Shown: piece after piece, positions 1 through 8,383 of the stretch
Layout of the letters: the number at the start of each line of letters is the position of its first letter
Position numbering within the stretch: the first letter of the stretch is position 1
Assembly (NCBI GenBank): GCA_003558085.1
Contig: PWMT01000160.1
Coordinates: 1 to 12,375, forward strand
Length of the DNA stretch: 12,375 nt
Direction: 5' to 3'
DNA from: Methanobacteriaceae archaeon
GTDB taxonomy: Archaea > Methanobacteriota > Methanobacteria > Methanobacteriales > Methanobacteriaceae
Notes under the pieces: model-generated
Databases searched by the model: none
What the model saw: only the letters and a program-made list of their open reading frames with translations
Told to the model about the DNA's origin: nothing
Position numbers and translations under genes: made by a program

Positions 1-26
1 ATAAAGCTAAAAGTCGAATTTAACAT
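1..26 (-). CDS. Possible 5' end of a divergent gene running off the left edge (MLNSTFSF...)
   Basis: - strand ATG at 26-24, preceded by AGGGA about 6 nt upstream. The frame is open to the window edge and lies downstream of a - strand TATA box (about 113-121). Only 8 codons are visible, so the product cannot be identified. Confidence 0.3.
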
Positions 27-76
27 GAGAAATCCCTGATTTTTACTTATACCCCATTTTATAGCCAAAGGTTAAA

Positions 77-92
77 TTTAGGTTAACCTAAA
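77..92. promoter_or_regulatory. Perfect 16-bp palindrome TTTAGGTTAACCTAAA; putative DtxR/MntR/SirR-family operator
   Basis: Exact self-reverse-complement in intergenic DNA. The core TTAGG-N4-CCTAA matches the known DtxR-family (SirR/MntR box) operator pattern. Confidence 0.65.
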
Positions 93-112
93 ATATCATA
101 GTGTGCTTCCTA

Positions 113-121
113 TTATATAAA
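113..121 (-). promoter_or_regulatory. Putative archaeal TATA box (TTTATATAA on - strand) for the divergent gene
   Basis: Matches the TTTAWATA consensus. A start site about 25 nt downstream would fall near 92, on the palindrome. Confidence 0.45.
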
Positions 122-137
122 TTTAGCCATACCTAAA
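122..137. promoter_or_regulatory. Second, degenerate operator copy TTTAGCCATACCTAAA
   Basis: 12/16 identical to the 77-92 palindrome with the TTTAG...CTAAA arms intact. It abuts the TATA box at the BRE position of the - strand promoter. Confidence 0.5.
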
Positions 138-320
138 AAAATAGTAATTTATTATGATTTGATAATATGGTATTATCGATATTCAACTAATCAAGGATTA
201 AATAGCAGTTTGTAGATAAGTATAACAAAAATATACTCAGTAAGTGGTGCTTAAATTTATTTAAAAATAATTTTTTAATTATAAAAATAAAAGTCTTCTA
301 TAATATTGAAAGGTTTTAAC

Positions 321-3300
321 ATGGACTATTTTGAACAGCTGGAAAAAGAAACTAGCAGACTCTATGATATAGCTGCAAAAGCACGATCAAAGGGTCTTGA
401 TGTAGATACTGAAATCGAAATCCCCTTGGCCAAAGATTTAGCTGAAAGAGTAGAGGGACTGGTAGGTCCAGAAGGTATTGCCCAAAGAATAAAAGAATTG
501 GAAAATGAAATGAACCGAGAAGAGGCAGCCTTCAAAATTGCTGCAGAAATAGCAACCTCTGAGGTAAATGACGAGAAAGAAGATGAACTTATCCAAAGAG
601 AAAATCTAGCAGATCAAGCACTGCGCACTGCTCTAGCCATACTTACAGAGGGTGTGGTAGCAGCCCCTTTAGAAGGAATAGCTAAAGTAAAAATCAAACA
701 GAATTTTGACCATACTAATTATTTAGCTATTTATTTTGCCGGCCCTATTAGAAGCGCAGGTGGTACTGCAGCAGCCCTTGCAGTGCTGATAGGGGACTAT
801 ATTAGATGGGCTATAGATTTAGCTAAATATATTCCTACAGATAGAGAAATTGAACGCTATGTAGAAGAAGTAGAATTATATGAATCAGAAGTAACTAATT
901 TACAATATTCTCCTAAACCGGAAGAAGTTCGTTTAACAGTTAAAAATATCCCAGTAGAGATAACTGGAGAACCTACAGATCAAGTAGAAGTTTCTCATAG
1001 AGATTTAGAAAGAGTAGAAACAAATAATATAAGAGGGGGAGCTTTATTAGCCATGGTAGAAGGTGTTATTCAAAAGGCTCCTAAAATATTAAAATATGCT
1101 AAGAAACTGAATTTAGAAGGCTGGGACTGGTTAGATGAATTTTCTAAAGGCGAATCTGAAAAAACAGAAGGTATTGAAGATCTAGTAAAAGCAGATGATA
1201 CCTTTATACAAGATATTATTGGGGGAAGGCCTGTATTGGCTTATCCTTCTGAGAAAGGAGGATTTAGACTTCGCTATGGTCGTTCTAGAAATACAGGATT
1301 GGCAGCTATGGGTGTAAATCCAGCAACTATGGAAATTTTACAATTTTTAGCTGTTGGTACACAGATGAAAATTGAAAGACCAGGCAAAGGAAACTGTGTA
1401 GTGCCAGTAGATAGTATAGAAGGACCCCTTCTAAAATTGAAAAATGGGGATGTAGTTGCAGTATCTACTATAGAACAAGCTAAAAAATTAAAGAACAAAA
1501 TAGATGAAATACTATTTTTAGGGGATATGCTGGTAGCATATGGGGAATTTCTAAGAAATAATCATATTTTACTTCCTGCAGGATGGTGTAGAGAATGGTG
1601 GATACAAAAAATTGCCCAATATTCTTATTATGATCTTGAAAAGGATCCTCTTGATTTGAAATCTTTAGAAATTAGATCTATAAGTTCTAAAGAAGCTATT
1701 GAAATATCAGAAAAATATAAGGTTCCTTTACATCCGGACTATACTTATTTTTTCCATGATTTATCTATTGAAGACTTAAATAACCTGAGAACATGGCTGA
1801 TGAAAAATTATGAAGATTATAATCAAGGTAATGATTATAAAATAGAAATAGCTCCCGAAAAAAGAATTTTAGAGATTTTAGGTGTTCCACATAAGGTAAA
1901 AAATTCCCAAGTGATTCTCAGTGCTGATCACGCTCAAATATTATTTAAAATTATGCAAAAATCATTACCAGTAGCAGAGAATACACTTAAATCTTTAAAT
2001 CAGATTTCAGACATACCCATAATGGCTAAGGCCCCTACTTATATTGGAACTCGAGTAGGAAGACCAGAAAAAACCAAAGAACGTAAAATGAAGCCTGCAC
2101 CTCATTCACTATTTCCCATAGCAAACTACGGGGGCAGTAGACGTAATATTGCAGAAGCAGCTAAAAAAGGCAATATAATTGTTGAATTAAGCCGATCTAA
2201 ATGTAGTCAATGTCAGATAAGTTCTTTTCAATCGATTTGTCCTCATTGCGGTGCCCCAACTATTATTGCTACTCCTGGAAAGAAAAAAATCAACATAGCC
2301 GGCCTTTTAAAAAAAGCATCAGAGAAGGTGGGAATTAGAAAACTAGATGAAATAAAAGGAGTTCAGGGCATGATATCTGAAAAAAAATTCCCTGAACCTT
2401 TAGAAAAGGGAATTTTAAGGGCAAAAAATGAAGTATTTGTCTTCAAAGATGCAACCATTCGCCATGACTCTACAGATCTTCCTTTAACACATTTTACTCC
2501 TCAGGAAATAGATGTAAGTATTGAAAAATTACGTTCAATGGGTTATACTGTAGATTGTCATGGTCAGGATTTAGAGCATCCTCAGCAAATCGTGGAGATA
2601 AAAATACAAGATGTGGTAATTTCTGATCACTGTGCACAATACATGTTAAGGGTAGCCAATTTCATAGATGATCTTTTAATAAGATTTTATAATATGGAAC
2701 CTTTCTATAAAGTTCAGATCAAAGAAGATCTGGTAGGACACATGATAGTTGGTTTAGCTCCACACACTTCAGCTGGAGTTTTAGGCAGAGTAATTGGATT
2801 TACTCCTGCAGCAGCTTGTTACGCTCATCCTTACTTTCATTCAGCTAAAAGAAGGAATTGTGATAGTGATGAAGATTCTATCATGCTCTTGCTAGATGCT
2901 CTATTGAATTTCTCTAAATCCTATTTACCTCGTACTAGAGGAGGCAGTATGGACGCACCTTTAGTTTTATCTTCACGGATAGATCCAGAAGAAATAGATG
3001 ATGAATCACATAATATTGACACCATGGATTATATCCCCCTGGAATTTTTTGAAAAGACTAGGGAGTATGCAAAACCTTCTGATGTTTTAGAATTAATGGA
3101 TAATGTTAAAAAAAGGCTAGGTAAATCTGAACAATATCATAATATCATGTTCTCCTATAATACTCGTAACATACACCAGGGACCGAAAACCTGTTTATAT
3201 AAATTGTTAACTACTATGAATGATAAGGTAGAAAATCAGATAGAACTTGCTGAAAAAATAAGAGCTGTGGATCAAAAAGGTGTAGTGGAAGGAGTATTGA

Positions 3301-3608
3301 AATCTCATTTTCTACCAGATATGATGGGTAATGTTAGAGCTTTTTCTAGGCAAAAAGTGCGTTGTACTAAATGTAATCGGAAATACCGGCGAGTACCTTT
3401 AACTGGAGAATGTAAGTGCGGTAGTCATTTGATACTTAGTGTTTCCAAGGGTTCTGTAGTAAAATACCTTGAAATTTCGAAAAAGCTGGCTACTAGGTAT
3501 CCTATTGATCCTTATCTTATGCAGAGAATAGAAATTCAAGAGTTTGGTATAAATTCACTATTTGAAAGTGATAAATCCAAGCAAAGTTCTCTGGACGTTT
3601 TCTTATAG
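321..3608 (+). CDS. polC: DNA polymerase D (pol II) large subunit DP2, about 1095 aa, intein-free
   Basis: DP2 motifs EIPLAKDLAERVEGL, AGPIRSAGGTA and GGFRLRYGRSRNTG; Zn fingers CSQC..CPHC and CTKC..CKC; catalytic HSAKRRNCDSDED (2838-2876); C-terminal PIP-box-like QSSLDVFL. ATG 321 (AAGGT upstream) is preferred over the ORF track's TTG 306. Stop TAG. Confidence 0.97.
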   Translation: MDYFEQLEKETSRLYDIAAKARSKGLDVDTEIEIPLAKDLAERVEGLVGPEGIAQRIKELENEMNREEAAFKIAAEIATSEVNDEKEDELIQRENLADQALRTALAILTEGVVAAPLEGIAKVKIKQNFDHTNYLAIYFAGPIRSAGGTAAALAVLIGDYIRWAIDLAKYIPTDREIERYVEEVELYESEVTNLQYSPKPEEVRLTVKNIPVEITGEPTDQVEVSHRDLERVETNNIRGGALLAMVEGVIQKAPKILKYAKKLNLEGWDWLDEFSKGESEKTEGIEDLVKADDTFIQDIIGGRPVLAYPSEKGGFRLRYGRSRNTGLAAMGVNPATMEILQFLAVGTQMKIERPGKGNCVVPVDSIEGPLLKLKNGDVVAVSTIEQAKKLKNKIDEILFLGDMLVAYGEFLRNNHILLPAGWCREWWIQKIAQYSYYDLEKDPLDLKSLEIRSISSKEAIEISEKYKVPLHPDYTYFFHDLSIEDLNNLRTWLMKNYEDYNQGNDYKIEIAPEKRILEILGVPHKVKNSQVILSADHAQILFKIMQKSLPVAENTLKSLNQISDIPIMAKAPTYIGTRVGRPEKTKERKMKPAPHSLFPIANYGGSRRNIAEAAKKGNIIVELSRSKCSQCQISSFQSICPHCGAPTIIATPGKKKINIAGLLKKASEKVGIRKLDEIKGVQGMISEKKFPEPLEKGILRAKNEVFVFKDATIRHDSTDLPLTHFTPQEIDVSIEKLRSMGYTVDCHGQDLEHPQQIVEIKIQDVVISDHCAQYMLRVANFIDDLLIRFYNMEPFYKVQIKEDLVGHMIVGLAPHTSAGVLGRVIGFTPAAACYAHPYFHSAKRRNCDSDEDSIMLLLDALLNFSKSYLPRTRGGSMDAPLVLSSRIDPEEIDDESHNIDTMDYIPLEFFEKTREYAKPSDVLELMDNVKKRLGKSEQYHNIMFSYNTRNIHQGPKTCLYKLLTTMNDKVENQIELAEKIRAVDQKGVVEGVLKSHFLPDMMGNVRAFSRQKVRCTKCNRKYRRVPLTGECKCGSHLILSVSKGSVVKYLEISKKLATRYPIDPYLMQRIEIQEFGINSLFESDKSKQSSLDVFL

Positions 3609-3800
3609 TTAAAGGATTTTTTAATAAACTATGATAATTTAAAAACCATAAATTATTATTTGTGGGTGTACGAACAAATCCAATAAGCTTTTATACTTCT
3701 ATTTACAAAGAATATTCTAGATTATTTAGTGAAATTTCTTTTAAATATAAGATGATGGGGTTTTAGGTACATTTGAATTTTTAGACAAGATTTCTTAAAT

Positions 3801-3805
3801 GGTGA
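3801..3805 (+). promoter_or_regulatory. Ribosome-binding site GGTGA of nrdD
   Basis: GGTGA ends 7 nt before ATG 3813, typical of methanogen Shine-Dalgarno sites. Confidence 0.7.
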
Positions 3806-3812
3806 TGATGTA

Positions 3813-6125
3813 ATGAGGGATGAGCGAATTATTGCTGCTCTGCCTACCAAAGCAGAGACTTGTGTATTGAAAAATAATGGCATTTATGAAAAATTTAGTT
3901 ATGAGAAAATTGTGAAATCACTTTTAATGTTAGGTGCTCCTCTATGGACTTCTGAAAAAATTGCATCCCAAGTAGCTACTACTGCCTATGATGGGATAAG
4001 CACAGCAGAAATAAAAATGTTAGTTTATGATTCTCTTTGCGAATTTAACGAAGACATAGCTGACCGTTATCTGGCAACAAATAAATTGAGAGTCCGCACT
4101 AGCCGTGATAAAATTGAAACATTTGATCAGACTAAAATTGAGGATACATTAATTGTTGAGACTGGTGCATCCCGGGAATTAGCTCATACCATTGCTTCTG
4201 ACGTCTGGAAGGAACTTAAAAAATTAAATGTACAATACTTAACTGCACCCATGATCAGGGAAATTGTCAACACTAAATTAGTAGAGCATGGGCTAGAAAC
4301 ATTAAGGAAAAAATACACCCGTTTAGGTATCCCGGTCTATAATATAACCCACTTGATTGAAAACGGATCACGGGACAACGCTAACATGATTCATAACCCT
4401 GAAACGGTTCATAAATATGTGGCCGACGAAGCCTTAAAACAATACTCCCTTTTACATATTCTGCCTAATGAACTGGCAGATGCACATATGTCAGGGGATA
4501 TACATATCCATGACCTGGAATTTTTTGCAGGAAGACCTATGAACTGTTTACAACATGATTTAAGATTATTTATTCGACATGGGTTAAAAGTTGATGGCAC
4601 TGGCGACCATACCTCTGTAGCAGGACCTCCTAAACATATGGAAACTCTAATGAATCATGCGGGGGAAATAATGCTTGCTTCCCAGCAGAATATGAGTGGA
4701 GGCCAGGCCATGAGTCTTTGGAATGTATTTGTAGCTCCCTTTGCCAGGGGAATGCCTTATGAACAGGTTAAACAAGCCATGCAGATGTTCATTTTCAATT
4801 TGAATATGGCTTATGCAGCTCGGGGATCACAGGTACCCTTCACCAGCATAAATCTTGAATTCAATGTACCATCCTTTTTGCAAGATGAACCAGCCTACGG
4901 TCCTAGAGGACAACTGGTTGGCACATATGGAGATTTTGAAGAAGAAACCCGTATTTTACAGAGAGCTTTTACCGAAACTCTTTTGGAGGGCGACTCTGAT
5001 GGCAAACCACACCTCTTCCCTAATACCATTTACAATATAAGAAAAGAAACTTTAAAATCGGAAATGGAAGAGGATCTTATGAGAGTGCATGAACTCTCAG
5101 CTAAATACGGAACAGCCTACTTTATTAATATGTTAGCCAGCTATCGTGGTAATATGGCTAATTATATGGGTTGTAGAACTTCATTACAGGATAATTGGAC
5201 TGGAGATTGGGAAAAAGATTGCTTTAGAACAGGGAATCTGGCCTATGTTACTTTAAACTTGCCTCGTATTGCTTACCAATCAAAGGACGATTCAGAAATT
5301 TTTGAGTATTTGGATTCTTATTTGGATATGGCCATTAACGTTCTTAAATTAAGAAGGGAACAGGCCCTTTATTGTTTGAATGATTATAATTTACTTCCAT
5401 TTCTTCATCAGAAATTTGGGGAAGATATGTACTATCAAATCGATAATTCCACCTTATCCTTTGGATTTGTAGGACTGAATGAAATGCTTCAATCCTATCT
5501 AGGACAGGGTATTGAACATCCAGAATCCCATAAATTCGCCATAAAAATCTTGGAACATATGAATCAAAGAGCAGATCAACTGAAAAAAGAAACTGGATTA
5601 AGATGGACGGTACTTCAAACACCTGCAGAATCTACTGCCTACCGTTTCGCCTCTTTGGATAAAGAAAAATTCAATGAACAAGCTTTAGTACAAGGAGATA
5701 AAGGCGCATATTACTATACTAATTCATCACATGTTCCTGTAAACTCGGATATTCTTTTACCTGAAAAAATAAAAATAGAAGAAAAATTTCACCAACTTAC
5801 ACCTGGAGGACACATATTCCATGCCTTCATGGGAGAATCTTATTCCAACGCCGATTCTCTAATGAGTTTAACTGATAAAATATCCCGAAAATCAGATATA
5901 GGATTCTGGGCTTATAGTTCTGCTATAAGCTTCTGTATTAAATGTAAAACCCTAATGAAAGGTCTTAATGATAAATGTCCCACTTGTGGTGAGAGTAAGG
6001 ATGTTGAATGGTATGATAGAATAACCGGATATGTTCAACAAGTTGGAAGGGCTAAATCTGCTTCAGGAGGATGGAATAAGGGTAAAATGCAGGAATTAAG
6101 GGATCGGCGCCGTTTTGAAAGATAA
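3813..6125 (+). CDS. nrdD: Anaerobic (class III) ribonucleoside-triphosphate reductase with two N-terminal ATP-cone domains
   Basis: ATP-cone starts VLKNNG..EKF and VRTSRD..ETFD; AHMSGDIHIHDL; QVPFTSINL; catalytic YMGCRT (5163-5180); TPAEST; YYTNSSH; Zn site CIKC..CPTC; glycyl-radical loop RITGYV (6018-6035). Confidence 0.97.
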   Translation: MRDERIIAALPTKAETCVLKNNGIYEKFSYEKIVKSLLMLGAPLWTSEKIASQVATTAYDGISTAEIKMLVYDSLCEFNEDIADRYLATNKLRVRTSRDKIETFDQTKIEDTLIVETGASRELAHTIASDVWKELKKLNVQYLTAPMIREIVNTKLVEHGLETLRKKYTRLGIPVYNITHLIENGSRDNANMIHNPETVHKYVADEALKQYSLLHILPNELADAHMSGDIHIHDLEFFAGRPMNCLQHDLRLFIRHGLKVDGTGDHTSVAGPPKHMETLMNHAGEIMLASQQNMSGGQAMSLWNVFVAPFARGMPYEQVKQAMQMFIFNLNMAYAARGSQVPFTSINLEFNVPSFLQDEPAYGPRGQLVGTYGDFEEETRILQRAFTETLLEGDSDGKPHLFPNTIYNIRKETLKSEMEEDLMRVHELSAKYGTAYFINMLASYRGNMANYMGCRTSLQDNWTGDWEKDCFRTGNLAYVTLNLPRIAYQSKDDSEIFEYLDSYLDMAINVLKLRREQALYCLNDYNLLPFLHQKFGEDMYYQIDNSTLSFGFVGLNEMLQSYLGQGIEHPESHKFAIKILEHMNQRADQLKKETGLRWTVLQTPAESTAYRFASLDKEKFNEQALVQGDKGAYYYTNSSHVPVNSDILLPEKIKIEEKFHQLTPGGHIFHAFMGESYSNADSLMSLTDKISRKSDIGFWAYSSAISFCIKCKTLMKGLNDKCPTCGESKDVEWYDRITGYVQQVGRAKSASGGWNKGKMQELRDRRRFER

Positions 6126-6127
6126 TA

Positions 6128-6150
6128 TTTTTTCTTTTTAATTCTTTCTT
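6128..6150 (+). terminator. Oligo-T terminator after nrdD
   Basis: TTTTTTCTTTTTAATTCTTTCTT immediately after the TAA stop. Confidence 0.55.
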
Positions 6151-6239
6151 ATTAGTAATCAAAGGTTTTGATAAAAATAAATCCTTTAATAAATCTCACT
6201 ATAAAAAAGTATTTTATAAGCCCCTTTTAAGCATATGGG

Positions 6240-6248
6240 ATTATATAA
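6240..6248 (+). promoter_or_regulatory. Putative TATA box (ATTATATAA) for the oxidoreductase gene
   Basis: TTATATAA lies about 25-30 nt upstream of ATG 6273. An alternative TTTTATAA box is at about 6212-6219. Confidence 0.35.
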
Positions 6249-6272
6249 TTCTGATTAAAGTTGGCGATTTTG

Positions 6273-7796
6273 ATGGGTAAAATCAATAAGAAGATTATAA
6301 TCATTGGCGCGGGCATCGCAGGATTATCCACAGGATGTTATGCTCAGATGAATGATTATGATGCGGTTATATTTGAAATGCATAACAAGCCTGGGGGTTT
6401 ATGCACCTCCTGGAACCGAAAAGGATACACATTTGATTACTGCATCCATAATCTTGCCGGGACTGGAAAGCTTAAATTAAGAAAAATATGGCAAGAGCTG
6501 GGTGCCTTAATTGATGAGGAAATAATCAACCACGAGGTTTTTATCAGGGTAGAAGATGAGCAGAAAAAAGAACTGAATATTTATACCCACCCTGGAAAGC
6601 TAAGAAAACATCTTAATACAATCTCTTCTGAGGATAAGGATCTTATTGATGATTATTTAAACGCAGCCCATTCTCTCTTAAGCGCTGATTTTTTTTCCTT
6701 GGGCATGGATGGCTTAATCACTAAATTGAGGATTATTCCTAATTTATTTTACATAATTAAATGGAGTAATATTACTTTAAAACAGTTCGCCCAACGGTTT
6801 AAAAACGTTTTTCTAAAAAAAGCCTTCCCTCATGTGCAATATGATATGGAGGGATCAGATATTCCCATGTTCCCTCATTTGCTTTTTATGTCTGGATTTG
6901 AAGCAGGAGATATGGGATGGCCTAAATACGGATCATTAGAATTTAGTAGAAGAATAGAAAAGAGATTTAAAAAATTAGGTGGTGAGCTTCATTATAATAG
7001 TCTGGTTAAAAAAATCATTATAGAGGATAATAAGGCGGTAGGGGTTATTTTAGAAGATGGTAGAGAGCATTACGCTGATGAAATAGTATCTGCAGGTGAT
7101 GGTCACAATACTATTTACAATCTTTTGGATGGAAAATTCACCAATGAATTTATTGATAATTACTACCAATCCTATGATTATAGCCAGGAATTTGGATTAC
7201 AAATTTTTATGGGATTAAATAGGGATATTAAAGGAGAAACACACGCCCTTGCACTTATACTGGACGAATCTTTGGAAATAGAAGGAAGAAAAAGAAATTC
7301 TTTATATGTGGAGATATTCGATTCTGCTACTGGCCTTGTCCCTGAAGGTAAATCAATAATAAAAGTGGTGATGAAAGGCAATTATAATTACTGGAATAAC
7401 TTAAACTCTGATAAAGAGTCCTATAGGCAAGAGAAGGAAACAATTTTCCATAAAGTGGTGGAGATCCTTGAAAAAAGATTTCCAGGAATTAAAGAAGACG
7501 TGGAAGTACATGATGTAACCACGCCTATTACTGTGGAAAGATATACCCATAACTTCCATGGCCTTCAGGTTTGGAGCCCGCCTAAGGGGATGTTCAAGGT
7601 AATGATTAAAGGATTAAGCAGGACTTTGCCTGGTCTTAAAAACTTTTATATGGTAGGCCAATGGGCAGAGGGGATGATTGGAATACCAAATGCGGCTTTC
7701 AGCGGCCGTAATTTGATTAAAAAGTTGTGCAAAAAAGATGGGAAAAAATTCCAATCAATAATTCATAAGGTTAATAAATATTATTCTAGTCAATAA
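6273..7796 (+). CDS. NAD(P)/FAD-dependent oxidoreductase, phytoene desaturase-like (COG1233 type)
   Basis: N-terminal Rossmann motif IIIIGAGIAGL..FE..PGG followed by GYTFD; VATP-like VTTPITVERYT; C-terminal LKNFYMVGQW..G..A..SG. ATG 6273 is preferred over TTG 6261. Substrate unknown. Confidence 0.85.
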   Translation: MGKINKKIIIIGAGIAGLSTGCYAQMNDYDAVIFEMHNKPGGLCTSWNRKGYTFDYCIHNLAGTGKLKLRKIWQELGALIDEEIINHEVFIRVEDEQKKELNIYTHPGKLRKHLNTISSEDKDLIDDYLNAAHSLLSADFFSLGMDGLITKLRIIPNLFYIIKWSNITLKQFAQRFKNVFLKKAFPHVQYDMEGSDIPMFPHLLFMSGFEAGDMGWPKYGSLEFSRRIEKRFKKLGGELHYNSLVKKIIIEDNKAVGVILEDGREHYADEIVSAGDGHNTIYNLLDGKFTNEFIDNYYQSYDYSQEFGLQIFMGLNRDIKGETHALALILDESLEIEGRKRNSLYVEIFDSATGLVPEGKSIIKVVMKGNYNYWNNLNSDKESYRQEKETIFHKVVEILEKRFPGIKEDVEVHDVTTPITVERYTHNFHGLQVWSPPKGMFKVMIKGLSRTLPGLKNFYMVGQWAEGMIGIPNAAFSGRNLIKKLCKKDGKKFQSIIHKVNKYYSSQ

Positions 7797-7824
7797 TTCT
7801 TAGTTAACCACTTAATAATTTAAA

Positions 7825-8304
7825 ATGGTGTTTGATGTGGATACGGATCATAAATTCATGAAAGAAGCTATAAAAGAAGCTCAGCTAAGTCTTAACGAGG
7901 GCGGTATTCCTATTGGCGCAATTTTAGTAAAAAATGATCATATCATAGGTCGTGGCCATAATCGTCTATTACAACGTAGCTCAGTTATTCTACATGGGGA
8001 AATGGATTGTATAGAAAATGCAGGTAGATTAGAAGGTAAAGATTACCATGAATGTATTCTTTACACTACACTATCTCCCTGTACGATGTGTTCTGGGGCT
8101 GTTTTACTTTACAAGATTCCTAGAGTCGTTATAGGTGAAAATAAAACTCTTTCAGGTCCAGAAAAACTTTTAAAGGATAATGGTGTGGAAGTTATTGATC
8201 TCGAATTAGATGAATGCCGTCAATTATTGGAAAAATATATAGCTGAAAATCCTGAAACCTGGAAAACAGAATTGGAAAGAGTAGGAGGATTTACAGATCT
8301 GTAA
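7825..8304 (+). CDS. Zn-dependent nucleoside/cytosine deaminase (fungal Fcy1-like, cytidine/dCMP deaminase fold)
   Basis: GIPIGA, GRGHN, LHGEM (HxE), YTTLSPCTMC (PCxxC) and IPRVVIGEN. The start may be GTG 7837, which has GGTG upstream. Confidence 0.88.
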   Translation: MVFDVDTDHKFMKEAIKEAQLSLNEGGIPIGAILVKNDHIIGRGHNRLLQRSSVILHGEMDCIENAGRLEGKDYHECILYTTLSPCTMCSGAVLLYKIPRVVIGENKTLSGPEKLLKDNGVEVIDLELDECRQLLEKYIAENPETWKTELERVGGFTDL

Positions 8305-8383
8305 AATTTTATAATTAAGAAAGAAATCGTCTTTTTTTATAAAATAAAGCTTATTTAGAAATTCTTTTTCTATTTCGAATATC
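8305..8383. terminator. Convergent intergenic region with T-tracts; probable terminator(s)
   Basis: T7 run at 8332-8338 on +, and A-rich tracts (T-rich on -) between two convergent stop codons. Confidence 0.45.

Noticed and set aside
306..320. TTG start for DP2 given by the ORF track
   Set aside because: ATG 321 has an SD-like AAGGT upstream and gives the MDYF N-terminus I recall for methanobacterial DP2.
1274..1498. 74-aa antisense ORF inside DP2
   Set aside because: Shadow frame of a conserved gene with no recognisable motif.
4409..5622. Short ORFs 4409-4600 (-), 4855-5040 (+) and 5344-5622 (-)
   Set aside because: All are nested in nrdD, with no motifs or independent signals.
7178..7381. 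67-aa antisense ORF
   Set aside because: Shadow of the oxidoreductase gene.
8335..8356. Short palindromes TTTTATAAAA and AAATAA-AGC-TTATTT
   Set aside because: Almost all A/T in a convergent terminator region; expected by chance.
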